From NCBI GenBank assembly GCA_964613385.1, contig CAZTGZ010000001.1:105836-169835 (forward strand): DNA of 64,000 bases, read 5' to 3'. The notes under the pieces were generated by a model that worked only from the letters and a program-made list of their open reading frames with translations, did not search any database and had not been told where the DNA came from. This stretch comes from an uncultured Chitinophagaceae bacterium (lineage in GTDB: Bacteria > Bacteroidota > Bacteroidia > NS11-12g > UBA9320). A program made the position numbers and the translations under genes. Of this stretch, positions 1-8,610 are shown in pieces (the first letter of the stretch is position 1; each line of letters starts with the position of its first letter).

Positions 1-436
1 GAAACTTCGAGACAATTCCGGCCCATTTATCGAGATCCGGCAACCAGCCAATGGTCCCATAACTGCTGAAAACCAAATCAAACTTTTCATCCAGATGCAG
101 AGCTAAGTCGTAAATGTCACAACAGATAAATCTTGCGTTGCTGTTGGTGTCAGCCGCAATTTGTTGAGCATGTCTGATGGCATTATCAGAAAAATCAACC
201 CCGGTAACTGAAGCACCAAGTCTGCTGAGTGAAATGGTGTCCTGTCCAAAATGACATTGTAAATGCAAGACCGATGCGTCCTTTAATTGTCCCAGCAGGT
301 TTAATTCAATTTCTTTGAGGGATGATTTCCCTTTCAAAAAGGACGCCATGTCATAGAAATCCGACTTCAGATGTATGTCGGTTTTATGATTCCAGGAATT
401 CCGATTGATGTGCAGATAATCCTTCTCGTTGTTCAT
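1..436 (-). CDS. class I SAM-dependent methyltransferase (partial; 3' end lies beyond the left window edge)
   Basis: Not in the ORF track because it runs off the edge. My reverse-complement translation from the ATG (complement of 434-436) reads MNNEKDYLHINRNSWN...VLHLQCHFGQDT...VTGVDFSDNAISHAQ...FSSYGTIGWLPDLDKWAGIVSKF. A glycine-containing motif I-like segment and an acidic motif II-like segment (VTGVDFS) are typical of Rossmann-fold methyltransferases. Family call is from recognised motifs only. Confidence 0.55.
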   Translation of the reverse strand, partial: MNNEKDYLHINRNSWNHKTDIHLKSDFYDMASFLKGKSSLKEIELNLLGQLKDASVLHLQCHFGQDTISLSRLGASVTGVDFSDNAIRHAQQIAADTNSNARFICCDIYDLALHLDEKFDLVFSSYGTIGWLPDLDKWAGIVSKF

Positions 437-456
437 TTTTTACATTATAAATGATT

Positions 457-804
457 TTATAATTCAAGTTCTTTCGCAGGGTCCCAAAATACCTTTTCAA
501 AACCCACAATCTGATCATCAACAACCATCAGTCCTTCAGAAATCAACAGAGCTTCCATTTGTTCAGGGGGATGAAAATGCGCTTTGCCGCTTAGCATACC
601 GCTTTGATTCACAACGCGATGCGCCGGAACAGGTGGAATAAGGCCATGACTGGCATTCATAGCCCAACCGACCATACGAGCCGATTTGCCGCTGCCCAAA
701 TACCGCGCAATTGCACCATAGGAGGTGGCCCGGCCCGGCGGTATTAAACGCACTACTTCAAATACTTGCTGAAAGAAATCCTTTTGAACCAATGTGGCAC
801 ACAT
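457..804 (-). CDS. MGMT-family DNA-binding protein, alkyltransferase-like (ATL): active-site motif reads PAHRV instead of PCHRV
   Basis: The 115 aa ORF contains ...LIPPVPAHRVVNQSG..., the helix-turn-helix plus Asn-hinge region of O6-alkylguanine-DNA alkyltransferases. The nucleophilic Cys is replaced by Ala, which is the ATL signature known from established literature. Confidence 0.75.
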   Translation of the reverse strand: MCATLVQKDFFQQVFEVVRLIPPGRATSYGAIARYLGSGKSARMVGWAMNASHGLIPPVPAHRVVNQSGMLSGKAHFHPPEQMEALLISEGLMVVDDQIVGFEKVFWDPAKELEL

Positions 805-875
805 GTTGTTAGTTTCGTGTAAAATTTGTCAGGTACTACAAATTAAATGTGTAGAATAATATTTTTGTCAGCCTT

Positions 876-2303
876 ATGAAGAATACCACATCATACTTTT
901 TACTTATCTTGTTTCTTTCTTTCCAAACTTTGGTATCCGCTCAGGGATATCGGATTGAGGCCAGGGTAAAAGGCCTGAATGGAGGAACCGGCTTGCTTGC
1001 GAATTATTACGGAGTAAAGCAATATTTAAAGGATTCCGCTAAAGTGAATGCCACGGGAACCATGGTGTTTCAGGGCAAAGATCCATTGCCGAGCGGTATT
1101 TATCTGGTGGTTTTACCCAATCATACATATACCGAAGTTGTGGTTTCTGACAAATCGCAAAAGTTTATCATCGAAACAGATACCACACTGTCGCCTACCA
1201 TGCTGAAAGTGACCAATTCACTGGAAAACGAGATTTTTTATGAGTTCAATCGTTTTGCAGCAGAAAAGGGAAGACAAGCATCCATGTTGCAGGAGCAGAT
1301 AAAAAATGAAACCGACGAAAACAAAAAATCTGCTCTTCGCGAAGAATTGAGAAAAGTAGATGAGTCTGTGAGTGCGAAGCGGGCCGAACTGGCCAAAGCG
1401 AATCCGGGCTTGTTTATCTCCAAAATTTTCTCGGCCATGACCGAAATTGATATTCCCGAACCTCCTGTTAATCCGGATGGAAGCATAGATTCAAATTTTA
1501 AGTTCAATTATTACCGTGATCACTATTGGGACAATGTGGACTTCAGTGAAGACGGATTGATGCGCACCCCGGTATATCAGAACAAGCTGGAATATTATAT
1601 GACCAAATTGTATATCCAGATTCCCGACACGGTGGTTTCAGCCATCGAAAGACTGATGAAGCTGGTGGACAAAGGTGGAAGCAAGGAGATTTTTAAATAT
1701 ACGGTATGGTGGAATACCAATCATTATGAAGAATCTAAAATCATGTGCATGGATAAGGTTCTCCATTATATGATCAGCAATTACTATTGTGCAGGACGCG
1801 CCTTTTGGGCAGATAGCGCATTGATTGCCAAAATGTGCGATCACGCCAGGAAAATAGGACCTACCCTTTGCGGAAGGACTGCGCCTGATATCACCCTGAT
1901 CGACACGGCTATGATGCCACATACACTAAGCCGAATCAATAGTCCTGTTACCATCGTGGTATTTTGGGATCATCAGTGCGGGCATTGTAAAAAGGATATT
2001 CCGGCTCTGGCCAGAATGTATGATACCCTGGCTGCCAAAGGATTATATGTGTATGCCGTTTATACTCAGGGAGATTGGGATGGCTGGCGAAAGTTTATCA
2101 GAGAAAATAAACTGGGGTTCCTGAATGTAGGCAACCAATATGGTCAAAGCGATTTCAGAGACAAATACAATATTTTAACCACGCCTGAAATTTTCATTTT
2201 AGATCACAAACAAAACATCCGATTCAAAAAGGTTGCCATTGACAACGTTCCCGGAATTGTCAATTACTTGCTGGAGGAGTACGAAGAGGATTTGAAGAAA
2301 TAA
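876..2303 (+). CDS. thioredoxin-fold (redoxin/TlpA-like) thiol:disulfide oxidoreductase with signal peptide
   Basis: N-terminal signal peptide MKNTTSYFLLILFLSFQTLVSAQ. C-terminal thioredoxin-fold segment VTIVVFWDHQCGHCKKDIPALARMY carries a CGHC (CxxC) redox motif. Confidence 0.7.
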   Translation: MKNTTSYFLLILFLSFQTLVSAQGYRIEARVKGLNGGTGLLANYYGVKQYLKDSAKVNATGTMVFQGKDPLPSGIYLVVLPNHTYTEVVVSDKSQKFIIETDTTLSPTMLKVTNSLENEIFYEFNRFAAEKGRQASMLQEQIKNETDENKKSALREELRKVDESVSAKRAELAKANPGLFISKIFSAMTEIDIPEPPVNPDGSIDSNFKFNYYRDHYWDNVDFSEDGLMRTPVYQNKLEYYMTKLYIQIPDTVVSAIERLMKLVDKGGSKEIFKYTVWWNTNHYEESKIMCMDKVLHYMISNYYCAGRAFWADSALIAKMCDHARKIGPTLCGRTAPDITLIDTAMMPHTLSRINSPVTIVVFWDHQCGHCKKDIPALARMYDTLAAKGLYVYAVYTQGDWDGWRKFIRENKLGFLNVGNQYGQSDFRDKYNILTTPEIFILDHKQNIRFKKVAIDNVPGIVNYLLEEYEEDLKK

Positions 2304-2925
2304 TCTGTAAGTTAGGTGGTAATTTTCGGTATAAAGGACCGAAAAAGAGCAGAATTCCTGCTGTTGTATAAGGTCCGCTATAGGTAGCTGACATATCTTT
2401 TCCGGCAACAATGCGGGTTCCAAATCCGGCTTTTGCACCCAACCACGGAAAAATATAATACTGTCCGTTTATCCCGAATTCAAAAGGTAATACCAAGGTT
2501 TTTTCCGATGAAATGAGCTTGTGGTCTATCAACGAGGTAAGTTCTTCGGTCACTTTTCCTAATCCAAACTGTACCGGGGTGCTCAGTCTCCACTTGTCGC
2601 TCAGTTTAAAGGTATATTCACCTCCTAAGCCCAAATACCTCATCCTTCCCTCCAATTTGGAAACATAACCCAGTCCGGGTAAAGCAGGATCTGAATATTG
2701 CTCTACTACCGGTTTTCCCATCCAATAATATCCCAACCAGCCTTTGTATTTTTCCAGGTACTCTGCACCGCCATACACGCCCATTATCCTGTTTGCCCTG
2801 CCTTGTACAAGCGAATATCTGCCGCTAAATCCTCCAATGGGCGATAGTTTGTTGTCCTTTGTTTGCTGTGCCCATGACAATGAGCTTATCAGAAGCAGAG
2901 ACATTGTAATTGTTAAAAGTCGCAT
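2260..2925 (-). CDS. hypothetical secreted protein (signal peptide; possibly outer-membrane beta-barrel)
   Basis: 221 aa ORF with N-terminal MRLLTITMSLLLISSLSWAQQ and a Gly/Tyr/aromatic-rich body. Its 3' end overlaps the convergent upstream gene by about 44 nt, so the exact stop and its reality are uncertain. Confidence 0.45.
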   Translation of the reverse strand: MRLLTITMSLLLISSLSWAQQTKDNKLSPIGGFSGRYSLVQGRANRIMGVYGGAEYLEKYKGWLGYYWMGKPVVEQYSDPALPGLGYVSKLEGRMRYLGLGGEYTFKLSDKWRLSTPVQFGLGKVTEELTSLIDHKLISSEKTLVLPFEFGINGQYYIFPWLGAKAGFGTRIVAGKDMSATYSGPYTTAGILLFFGPLYRKLPPNLQIISSNPLRTPPASN

Positions 2926-2945
2926 AGTCTGTCTTTTAGATATTT

Positions 2946-4385
2946 TTGCAGGACAAAAATAAATCCTTGCAGTTTAACTCATTGGCTTTCCTGATTTTTC
3001 TGCCATTGGTGGTGGGCTTATATTATCTCCTCCCACACCGGTACAGATGGATATTGTTGTTGGCCAGTTATTTTTTTTATGGCTATTGGAAGATAGAGTA
3101 TCTCAGCCTGATGATCATATCTACCCTTCTCGATTACTTCGTGTCGAATGCCTTGTACAAATACGAATCGCCGACACTTCGAAAAGGATTATTATGGATA
3201 AGTTGTGCCGGTAACCTGGGCATGCTTTTCTTGTTTAAGTATCTGGGCTTGTTCGTTGATCCCATTGATCTCACTACGTATAACATGAATCTGGATATCA
3301 ATTCATGGATGAAACAAGGCGCCCATTTTCTATTTTTTGCGCTGCCCGTTGGGATTTCATTTTATACATTCCAAACCATGAGTTATACCATCGATGTATA
3401 TTATCGAAAGAGTGTACCGGCGAAATCGCTGGGTAAGTTTGCCCTGTTTGTTTCCTTTTTTCCTCAATTGGTAGCCGGTCCTATTGAGAGATTTAACCAT
3501 CTGATGCCCCAACTGACTGCAAATCACAGCTGGAAGTATGAAAATTTTTCTCAGTCATTCAGGCTGCTGTTATATGGGTTCTTCATTAAAATGTGCATTG
3601 CCGATCAGGTGGCACCCTTGGTAAATGAAATCTATGCATCTCCTCAAACCTATAACCGGCTGAATATTGGATTGGGGTTATTGTTGTTTGGCGTGCAGAT
3701 ATATGCAGATTTCAGCGGATACAGCCTGATTGCCATAGGGGCTGCCAAAATGCTGGGCATTCAACTTATGGATAATTTTCGTACTCCTTATTTGTCATCA
3801 TCCATTCACGAGTTCTGGCAGCGCTGGCATATTTCACTTTCCACCTGGTTCCGCGATTATCTGTACATCCCGCTTGGAGGCAATCGCAAAGGGAAAGCCA
3901 GATGGATACTGAACATCATGTTGGTTTTCAGTCTAAGCGGTTTTTGGCACGGCGCCAGCTGGACTTTCATGATATGGGGAGGTATTCATGGTTTAACCTA
4001 CCTTCTGGAATTTGGGATCAAACGCACCAAAATATGGAGCCTCATCCCATCCTTCCTGAAAAAAGGCCTGGGAATTCTGCTCACATTTGCAATAGTTCAT
4101 GTGGCCTGGGTATTCTTCAGAGCCGGTAGTCTCGAGCAGGTTACCATCATTTTTACAAATCTATTTCAACAACATGGAACGCAATCTCTGGAAATAGATG
4201 CAGTGGTTTGGTTGATGCTTTCAATCTTTATACTTTCTGATGGATATTTGTTGAACACCCGAATAGACACCAAATTGGCGAATTGGCCTATATGGTTGCG
4301 TTGGGCCCTCTATTTGGGATTGTTGTTTTGTATTCTGGCATTTGGAGGCGTAGCCAATCACCCATTTATATATTTCCAGTTTTGA
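2946..4385 (+). CDS. MBOAT family membrane-bound O-acyltransferase (AlgI/DltB-like)
   Basis: Polytopic 479 aa protein containing the MBOAT signature FWQRWHISLSTWFRDYLYIPLGGNRKG, including the conserved His. Confidence 0.85.
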   Translation: MQDKNKSLQFNSLAFLIFLPLVVGLYYLLPHRYRWILLLASYFFYGYWKIEYLSLMIISTLLDYFVSNALYKYESPTLRKGLLWISCAGNLGMLFLFKYLGLFVDPIDLTTYNMNLDINSWMKQGAHFLFFALPVGISFYTFQTMSYTIDVYYRKSVPAKSLGKFALFVSFFPQLVAGPIERFNHLMPQLTANHSWKYENFSQSFRLLLYGFFIKMCIADQVAPLVNEIYASPQTYNRLNIGLGLLLFGVQIYADFSGYSLIAIGAAKMLGIQLMDNFRTPYLSSSIHEFWQRWHISLSTWFRDYLYIPLGGNRKGKARWILNIMLVFSLSGFWHGASWTFMIWGGIHGLTYLLEFGIKRTKIWSLIPSFLKKGLGILLTFAIVHVAWVFFRAGSLEQVTIIFTNLFQQHGTQSLEIDAVVWLMLSIFILSDGYLLNTRIDTKLANWPIWLRWALYLGLLFCILAFGGVANHPFIYFQF

Positions 4386-4447
4386 GCCTGAAAGTAATTA
4401 CAAATATCGCCCTGAGAATCCTGATCGTTTTGGTCGCATTACCCATC

Positions 4448-5455
4448 ATGAATTACGTGTACATGCGTTGGTTCTGGATGGATGATTTAAAGGAGCATGC
4501 CGAAACTTTGCCGGATTTGTTAGATGCTCAGGACAGTTGTGAAATTTTGTATTTCGGAGAATCGAGTAATTTTAGCTTTAATCCCGAAAAGGATTCACTG
4601 CATGACCGCATCAGTGATTTTGTTGGAAAACATTTTGAAGGGATACCTCTGGGAACCATCAACAACAGCGCCTATCACGGCGGAATTTTTTTGCCACTTA
4701 TCCGGCATATCGATGCAAACAGCAAGGTGAAAACCCTGATTGTAACGCTCAACATGCGGACCTTTGACCAGGCTTGCATACATTCTGAATTGGAAACGGC
4801 ACTCCGAAAAAAGGCAGTGATGTATGAGCCCAGACCGGCATTGCTCAATCGCCTGTTACTTTCTTTAAATGCCTATGATGACCAACTGTTGAAGGAACGC
4901 GACTTAACCATGTGGAAATCATGGACTTATGATACATTAAAAAGTAATGTTGTTCAATTTCCCTATCCAACGATAAAATCGTGGTGCGCTGCGGAAAAGT
5001 TTCCGTTGCCGGGCGGAGGAGAGGACATGAAAAAGAGAGAATTAGCGGATCATTACATCAAGGCATATGCCTTTCAGATTGATACCATTCGTAATCCGCG
5101 GATTGCTGATTTTGATGCCATTGCTGCATTTGCTCAATCCAGAGGATATACGCTGGTATTGAATCTGATGGCAGAAAACACCCATTATGCAGATAGTTTA
5201 GTGGGTGAAAATCTGGTATGGCTCATGCGGAACAATCGAGATTTATTGGTGAAACGATACACCGCTATGGGAGCCATTGTGGTGGACAATCTTGAGGTTG
5301 TTCCTCCGGATGATTACACGGATTTACATTGGACTACAGAGCATTACGGGCAATTGGGAAGACAAATTATTGCTTCGAGGGTTGCTGAAGCGTTGAAAGA
5401 ACGTTATCCGGATCACTACAGAAACAGACCCATTGTGAAGTCAAATCATAAGTAG
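4448..5455 (+). CDS. MBOAT-associated protein (AlgJ/AlgX/DltD-like partner, inferred from context)
   Basis: The ORF is in the +2 frame, immediately after and overlapping the MBOAT gene. The track start at 4283 overlaps MBOAT by about 100 nt, so I chose the internal ATG at 4448 (MNYVYMRWFW...); the real start may instead precede the TM-like segment LKVITNIALRILIVLVALPIM. A degenerate GDS-like segment (FGESSNF) is present. Function is inferred from the conserved MBOAT + partner arrangement. Confidence 0.5.
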   Translation: MNYVYMRWFWMDDLKEHAETLPDLLDAQDSCEILYFGESSNFSFNPEKDSLHDRISDFVGKHFEGIPLGTINNSAYHGGIFLPLIRHIDANSKVKTLIVTLNMRTFDQACIHSELETALRKKAVMYEPRPALLNRLLLSLNAYDDQLLKERDLTMWKSWTYDTLKSNVVQFPYPTIKSWCAAEKFPLPGGGEDMKKRELADHYIKAYAFQIDTIRNPRIADFDAIAAFAQSRGYTLVLNLMAENTHYADSLVGENLVWLMRNNRDLLVKRYTAMGAIVVDNLEVVPPDDYTDLHWTTEHYGQLGRQIIASRVAEALKERYPDHYRNRPIVKSNHK

Positions 5456-5572
5456 ACATCTTCTTGAGAACCTATTTTATAAGTCGAATTTCTTTTTGAT
5501 ATTGTAAATTCGTTTTCGACTTCTTCGCCGGAAACGTGCGAATAAATATACAATCAATAATTATCAGAACTT

Positions 5573-5953
5573 ATGAGTGGAGCCATGCCAATTTACAAGA
5601 CCATGGACGATTATATATCGGATCAGTCCCAGCCCGCCCGGAAATTATTAAATGAATTGAGGCTTTTGGTGCACGAAACCGTTCCGGAGAGTATGGAAGT
5701 CCGGGACTATAAAGTACCTGTTTTCAAGTTGGTGCCGGAAGCTAAAACAGAACTTCAGCTGATGATGATGGCCGGTTCTAAATTTGTGAGTTTTTATCCC
5801 TTTGCTTCCACCCTTCAAAAGTTTGCCGATCAACTAAAAAAATACAAAATGGGAAAGGGTTCCGTGAATTTTCCTTTCGGAGAGGAGTTGCCGGTGGAAA
5901 TTATCAAACAAATGGTACTTCACAGAAAGGATGAATTGTTAATTCAGGGCTGA
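5573..5953 (+). CDS. DUF1801 (YdhG-like) domain protein
   Basis: 126 aa ORF; the N-terminal MDDYISDQSQPARKLLNELRLLVHETVPE pattern resembles DUF1801 family proteins. Confidence 0.55.
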   Translation: MSGAMPIYKTMDDYISDQSQPARKLLNELRLLVHETVPESMEVRDYKVPVFKLVPEAKTELQLMMMAGSKFVSFYPFASTLQKFADQLKKYKMGKGSVNFPFGEELPVEIIKQMVLHRKDELLIQG

Positions 5954-6214
5954 TCTTCCAAATTGGTTCTTTCAAACAGGATTTTCTCATGTTGAGTTTA
6001 TGTCTTTAGGGGTTCCTTTTTTTATTGCATGTACTGAAAAAAAAGGGTTGGGACTGGAATAATTGATCTTATGAAAAAGTTATAAAACAAAGGAATTTAC
6101 CCAATACTATGCATTAATAACAAAAAAGCCCATTTCCTTTCGTAGATTTCGGCCGTTAACATAAAGCCATTAAATACACTTCAAATAGCACCATACCCAC
6201 TAACCAAACAATCC

Positions 6215-6751
6215 ATGAAAAACTCCATTGTACTTTTCATTTTTTTCATTTCCATGTTTCTTTACTCATCACAGCTTGTTGAGCCCATTAACCGCGTTCG
6301 TCTCAAAGGAAGTCCGAGAGGCATTATAACTTGGGGTGGCGACCAACACGCCAACCAAAAAGGAGTGATGACCAATGGAGATTCAGTTTATATTAAGGTA
6401 CAAAACAACGTATTGATTGTGCAGCATAAAAAAGATGGAATGACGACGACCATTTTTGAAAGTATGCCGGACCAAATGCTGGCCAGTACCTGGTTAGGTG
6501 TATACGAATATCAATTTGATGACAATCCTTTGAGTGAAGACGATGGGGAACAAGAACTGGTTATCATCAATTCGCCGGGTCCCAATGTTTCCTGTGTAAA
6601 AGTATTTCATATGTCGCAACAGCCTCCAATGGGAATCGGAACCTTATGGGGATCTACAGAAATTGAATTTCAACCGAATGCACTTTTGTTCAACGCAGCG
6701 GCGTCTGGACAGAAATATACATATTCGAACATGAGTTTTGTAGCTGAGTAA
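6215..6751 (+). CDS. hypothetical secreted protein
   Basis: 178 aa ORF with signal-peptide-like N-terminus MKNSIVLFIFFISMFLYSSQL. No recognisable catalytic motif. Confidence 0.5.
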   Translation: MKNSIVLFIFFISMFLYSSQLVEPINRVRLKGSPRGIITWGGDQHANQKGVMTNGDSVYIKVQNNVLIVQHKKDGMTTTIFESMPDQMLASTWLGVYEYQFDDNPLSEDDGEQELVIINSPGPNVSCVKVFHMSQQPPMGIGTLWGSTEIEFQPNALLFNAAASGQKYTYSNMSFVAE

Positions 6752-6789
6752 TTGGTTCGCAAATCCAAAACTGTTGTAATTTTATCCCG

Positions 6790-8610
6790 GTGAATTTCCG
6801 GAATTTATTTCTGAGATTTTGGTTGGGATTCCTTTGCGTGTCGGTATTTCCGGCATATGCCCAACAGGAAAGTATACAGAACGAAGCCAAAAGGCTGCTC
6901 AACGATCTCAAAGTCGCTGCTAATGATACAGATCGCATGTATTTGTTATCTGATTTGTCATTCATTTATATCGATACGAATCCAAAACTTGGCCTGGAAT
7001 ACGGACACAAAGCGCTGAACCTGGCACATGAGCTCAAATGGCCCAGAGGAACCGCCTATGTTCAGAATAACCTGGGAAGTTTGTATGCAGCGATTTCAGA
7101 TTTGCCCAAGGCCCTGGATTACTATTTTAAAGCGTTAAAAAACAACGAATTGGCAAATCATGTCAAGGCCATCGCTTCCAACTTCGGCAATATTGGAACC
7201 ATTTACCTTCGCCAGAGAAATTTTGACAAAGCCTTATTTTATTATCGAAAATCCCTCAACATAGAAAAGGAATTGAAAAATGAAGATGGCATCTCTTCAG
7301 ATCTCATGAACATCGGCATCATCTACCGACAAAAAGAAGAATTAGATACTGCGCTGTTATATTTTACTGAAGCTCTAAGAATTTGCGAATCCATTAAAAA
7401 TTATGAAGGCATCGCAGAAAATTTGGTCAATATTGGGTCAACCTTTGAGGCTCAGGGCAAATATGAGGAAGCGCTGAAATACTACGGAGAATCTATTAAA
7501 ATAGACCTCGAAAGGGGTAATATCAGTGGTTTGGGTGCGAATTACGGAAGCATTGGAAGCCTTTATTTAAAATTACTTACTGACTCTACCTTAAAAGGCA
7601 AGGGTGAAAAATTTGCCCTAAGCAAAACGGAGCTCATTCAATTGTCAAGGGAGAATTTAACCAAATCTGTTGAATTGTTGAATAAAACCGGCGCCCTGTA
7701 TGAACTGCGTTTGGTTCATAAAAGCCTGGCTGAATTAGAAGAAATTTCCGGAAACTATCAAAAGGCGCTCAAGCATTATATGGAATACTCGAGCCTAAAG
7801 GATTCCATATTTTCCAGGGAGAATCAAATACGCATTTCTTACCTCGAAAACCAGCGTACGGAAGATTTGAAACAAAAGGAAATTGAGATACAAAAGCTAC
7901 AGTTATTGCGCGCCCGTAACCGACAAACTTTGCTGATTGCGGGTTTGGTGGCCTTAATTTTGGTAGCGTTTCTCGTCTTAAAACAACGGGCAGTCTCTGA
8001 AAAGCTGCTGTTGAATATACTTCCCGCCCAAATCGCCAAACGGCTGAAAAAGAAGGAAAGTCCTATAGCAGATCAGTTCGAACACGCGAGTATTATTTTC
8101 ATTGATATTGCCGGTTTTACCAAATTATCCGGGAAGATACCACCCAGGGAGCTGGTTTCTATACTCAATACCATTTTTACCATATTAGACGAATTGGTTG
8201 ACAAGTACAATCTGGAAAAAATTAAGACCATCGGAGATTGTTATATGGCAGTTGGAGGCATTCCGGAAGCCAGAGAAGGACATGCTGACGATGTGGCCAA
8301 CTTTGCCCTGGAAGCCCGTGACAGCATTCAGGGATACACCACCCAGATGGGAGAAAGCCTGAGTTTCCGCACCGGAATTGATATCGGGATGGTAGTGGCC
8401 GGTGTTATCGGACAAAAGAAGTTCATTTATGATCTCTGGGGAGATGCCGTGAATACTGCGAGCAGAATGGAAAGTAGCGGCGAAGAGGGTAAAATTCAAA
8501 TTACCGACAGATTCAAATCTTCGTTACAGGGGAATTTCACATTTCAATCGAGAGGAAGCATGCAGATTAAAGGCAAGGGAAGCATGGACACCTGGTTTCT
8601 GGAGCGCTGA
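6790..8610 (+). CDS. receptor-type class III adenylate/guanylate cyclase with extracytoplasmic TPR sensor domain
   Basis: GTG start. Signal peptide, then multiple 34-aa TPR-like repeats (ALNLAHELKW..., ALDYYFKALKNNE..., ALKYYGESIKID...), then a coiled coil and one TM helix (LLIAGLVALILVAFLVL). The C-terminal cyclase homology domain carries FIDIAGFTKLS...KTIGDCYMAVGG...GDAVNTASRMESSG. Confidence 0.85.
   Translation: MNFRNLFLRFWLGFLCVSVFPAYAQQESIQNEAKRLLNDLKVAANDTDRMYLLSDLSFIYIDTNPKLGLEYGHKALNLAHELKWPRGTAYVQNNLGSLYAAISDLPKALDYYFKALKNNELANHVKAIASNFGNIGTIYLRQRNFDKALFYYRKSLNIEKELKNEDGISSDLMNIGIIYRQKEELDTALLYFTEALRICESIKNYEGIAENLVNIGSTFEAQGKYEEALKYYGESIKIDLERGNISGLGANYGSIGSLYLKLLTDSTLKGKGEKFALSKTELIQLSRENLTKSVELLNKTGALYELRLVHKSLAELEEISGNYQKALKHYMEYSSLKDSIFSRENQIRISYLENQRTEDLKQKEIEIQKLQLLRARNRQTLLIAGLVALILVAFLVLKQRAVSEKLLLNILPAQIAKRLKKKESPIADQFEHASIIFIDIAGFTKLSGKIPPRELVSILNTIFTILDELVDKYNLEKIKTIGDCYMAVGGIPEAREGHADDVANFALEARDSIQGYTTQMGESLSFRTGIDIGMVVAGVIGQKKFIYDLWGDAVNTASRMESSGEEGKIQITDRFKSSLQGNFTFQSRGSMQIKGKGSMDTWFLER

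Noticed and set aside
4283-4447. Track start of the MBOAT-partner ORF overlapping MBOAT by about 100 nt
   Set aside because: Long same-strand overlaps are unusual, so the internal ATG at 4448 was preferred. However, the hydrophobic segment encoded just upstream suggests the true start may be a non-ATG codon near 4388, so this remains unresolved.
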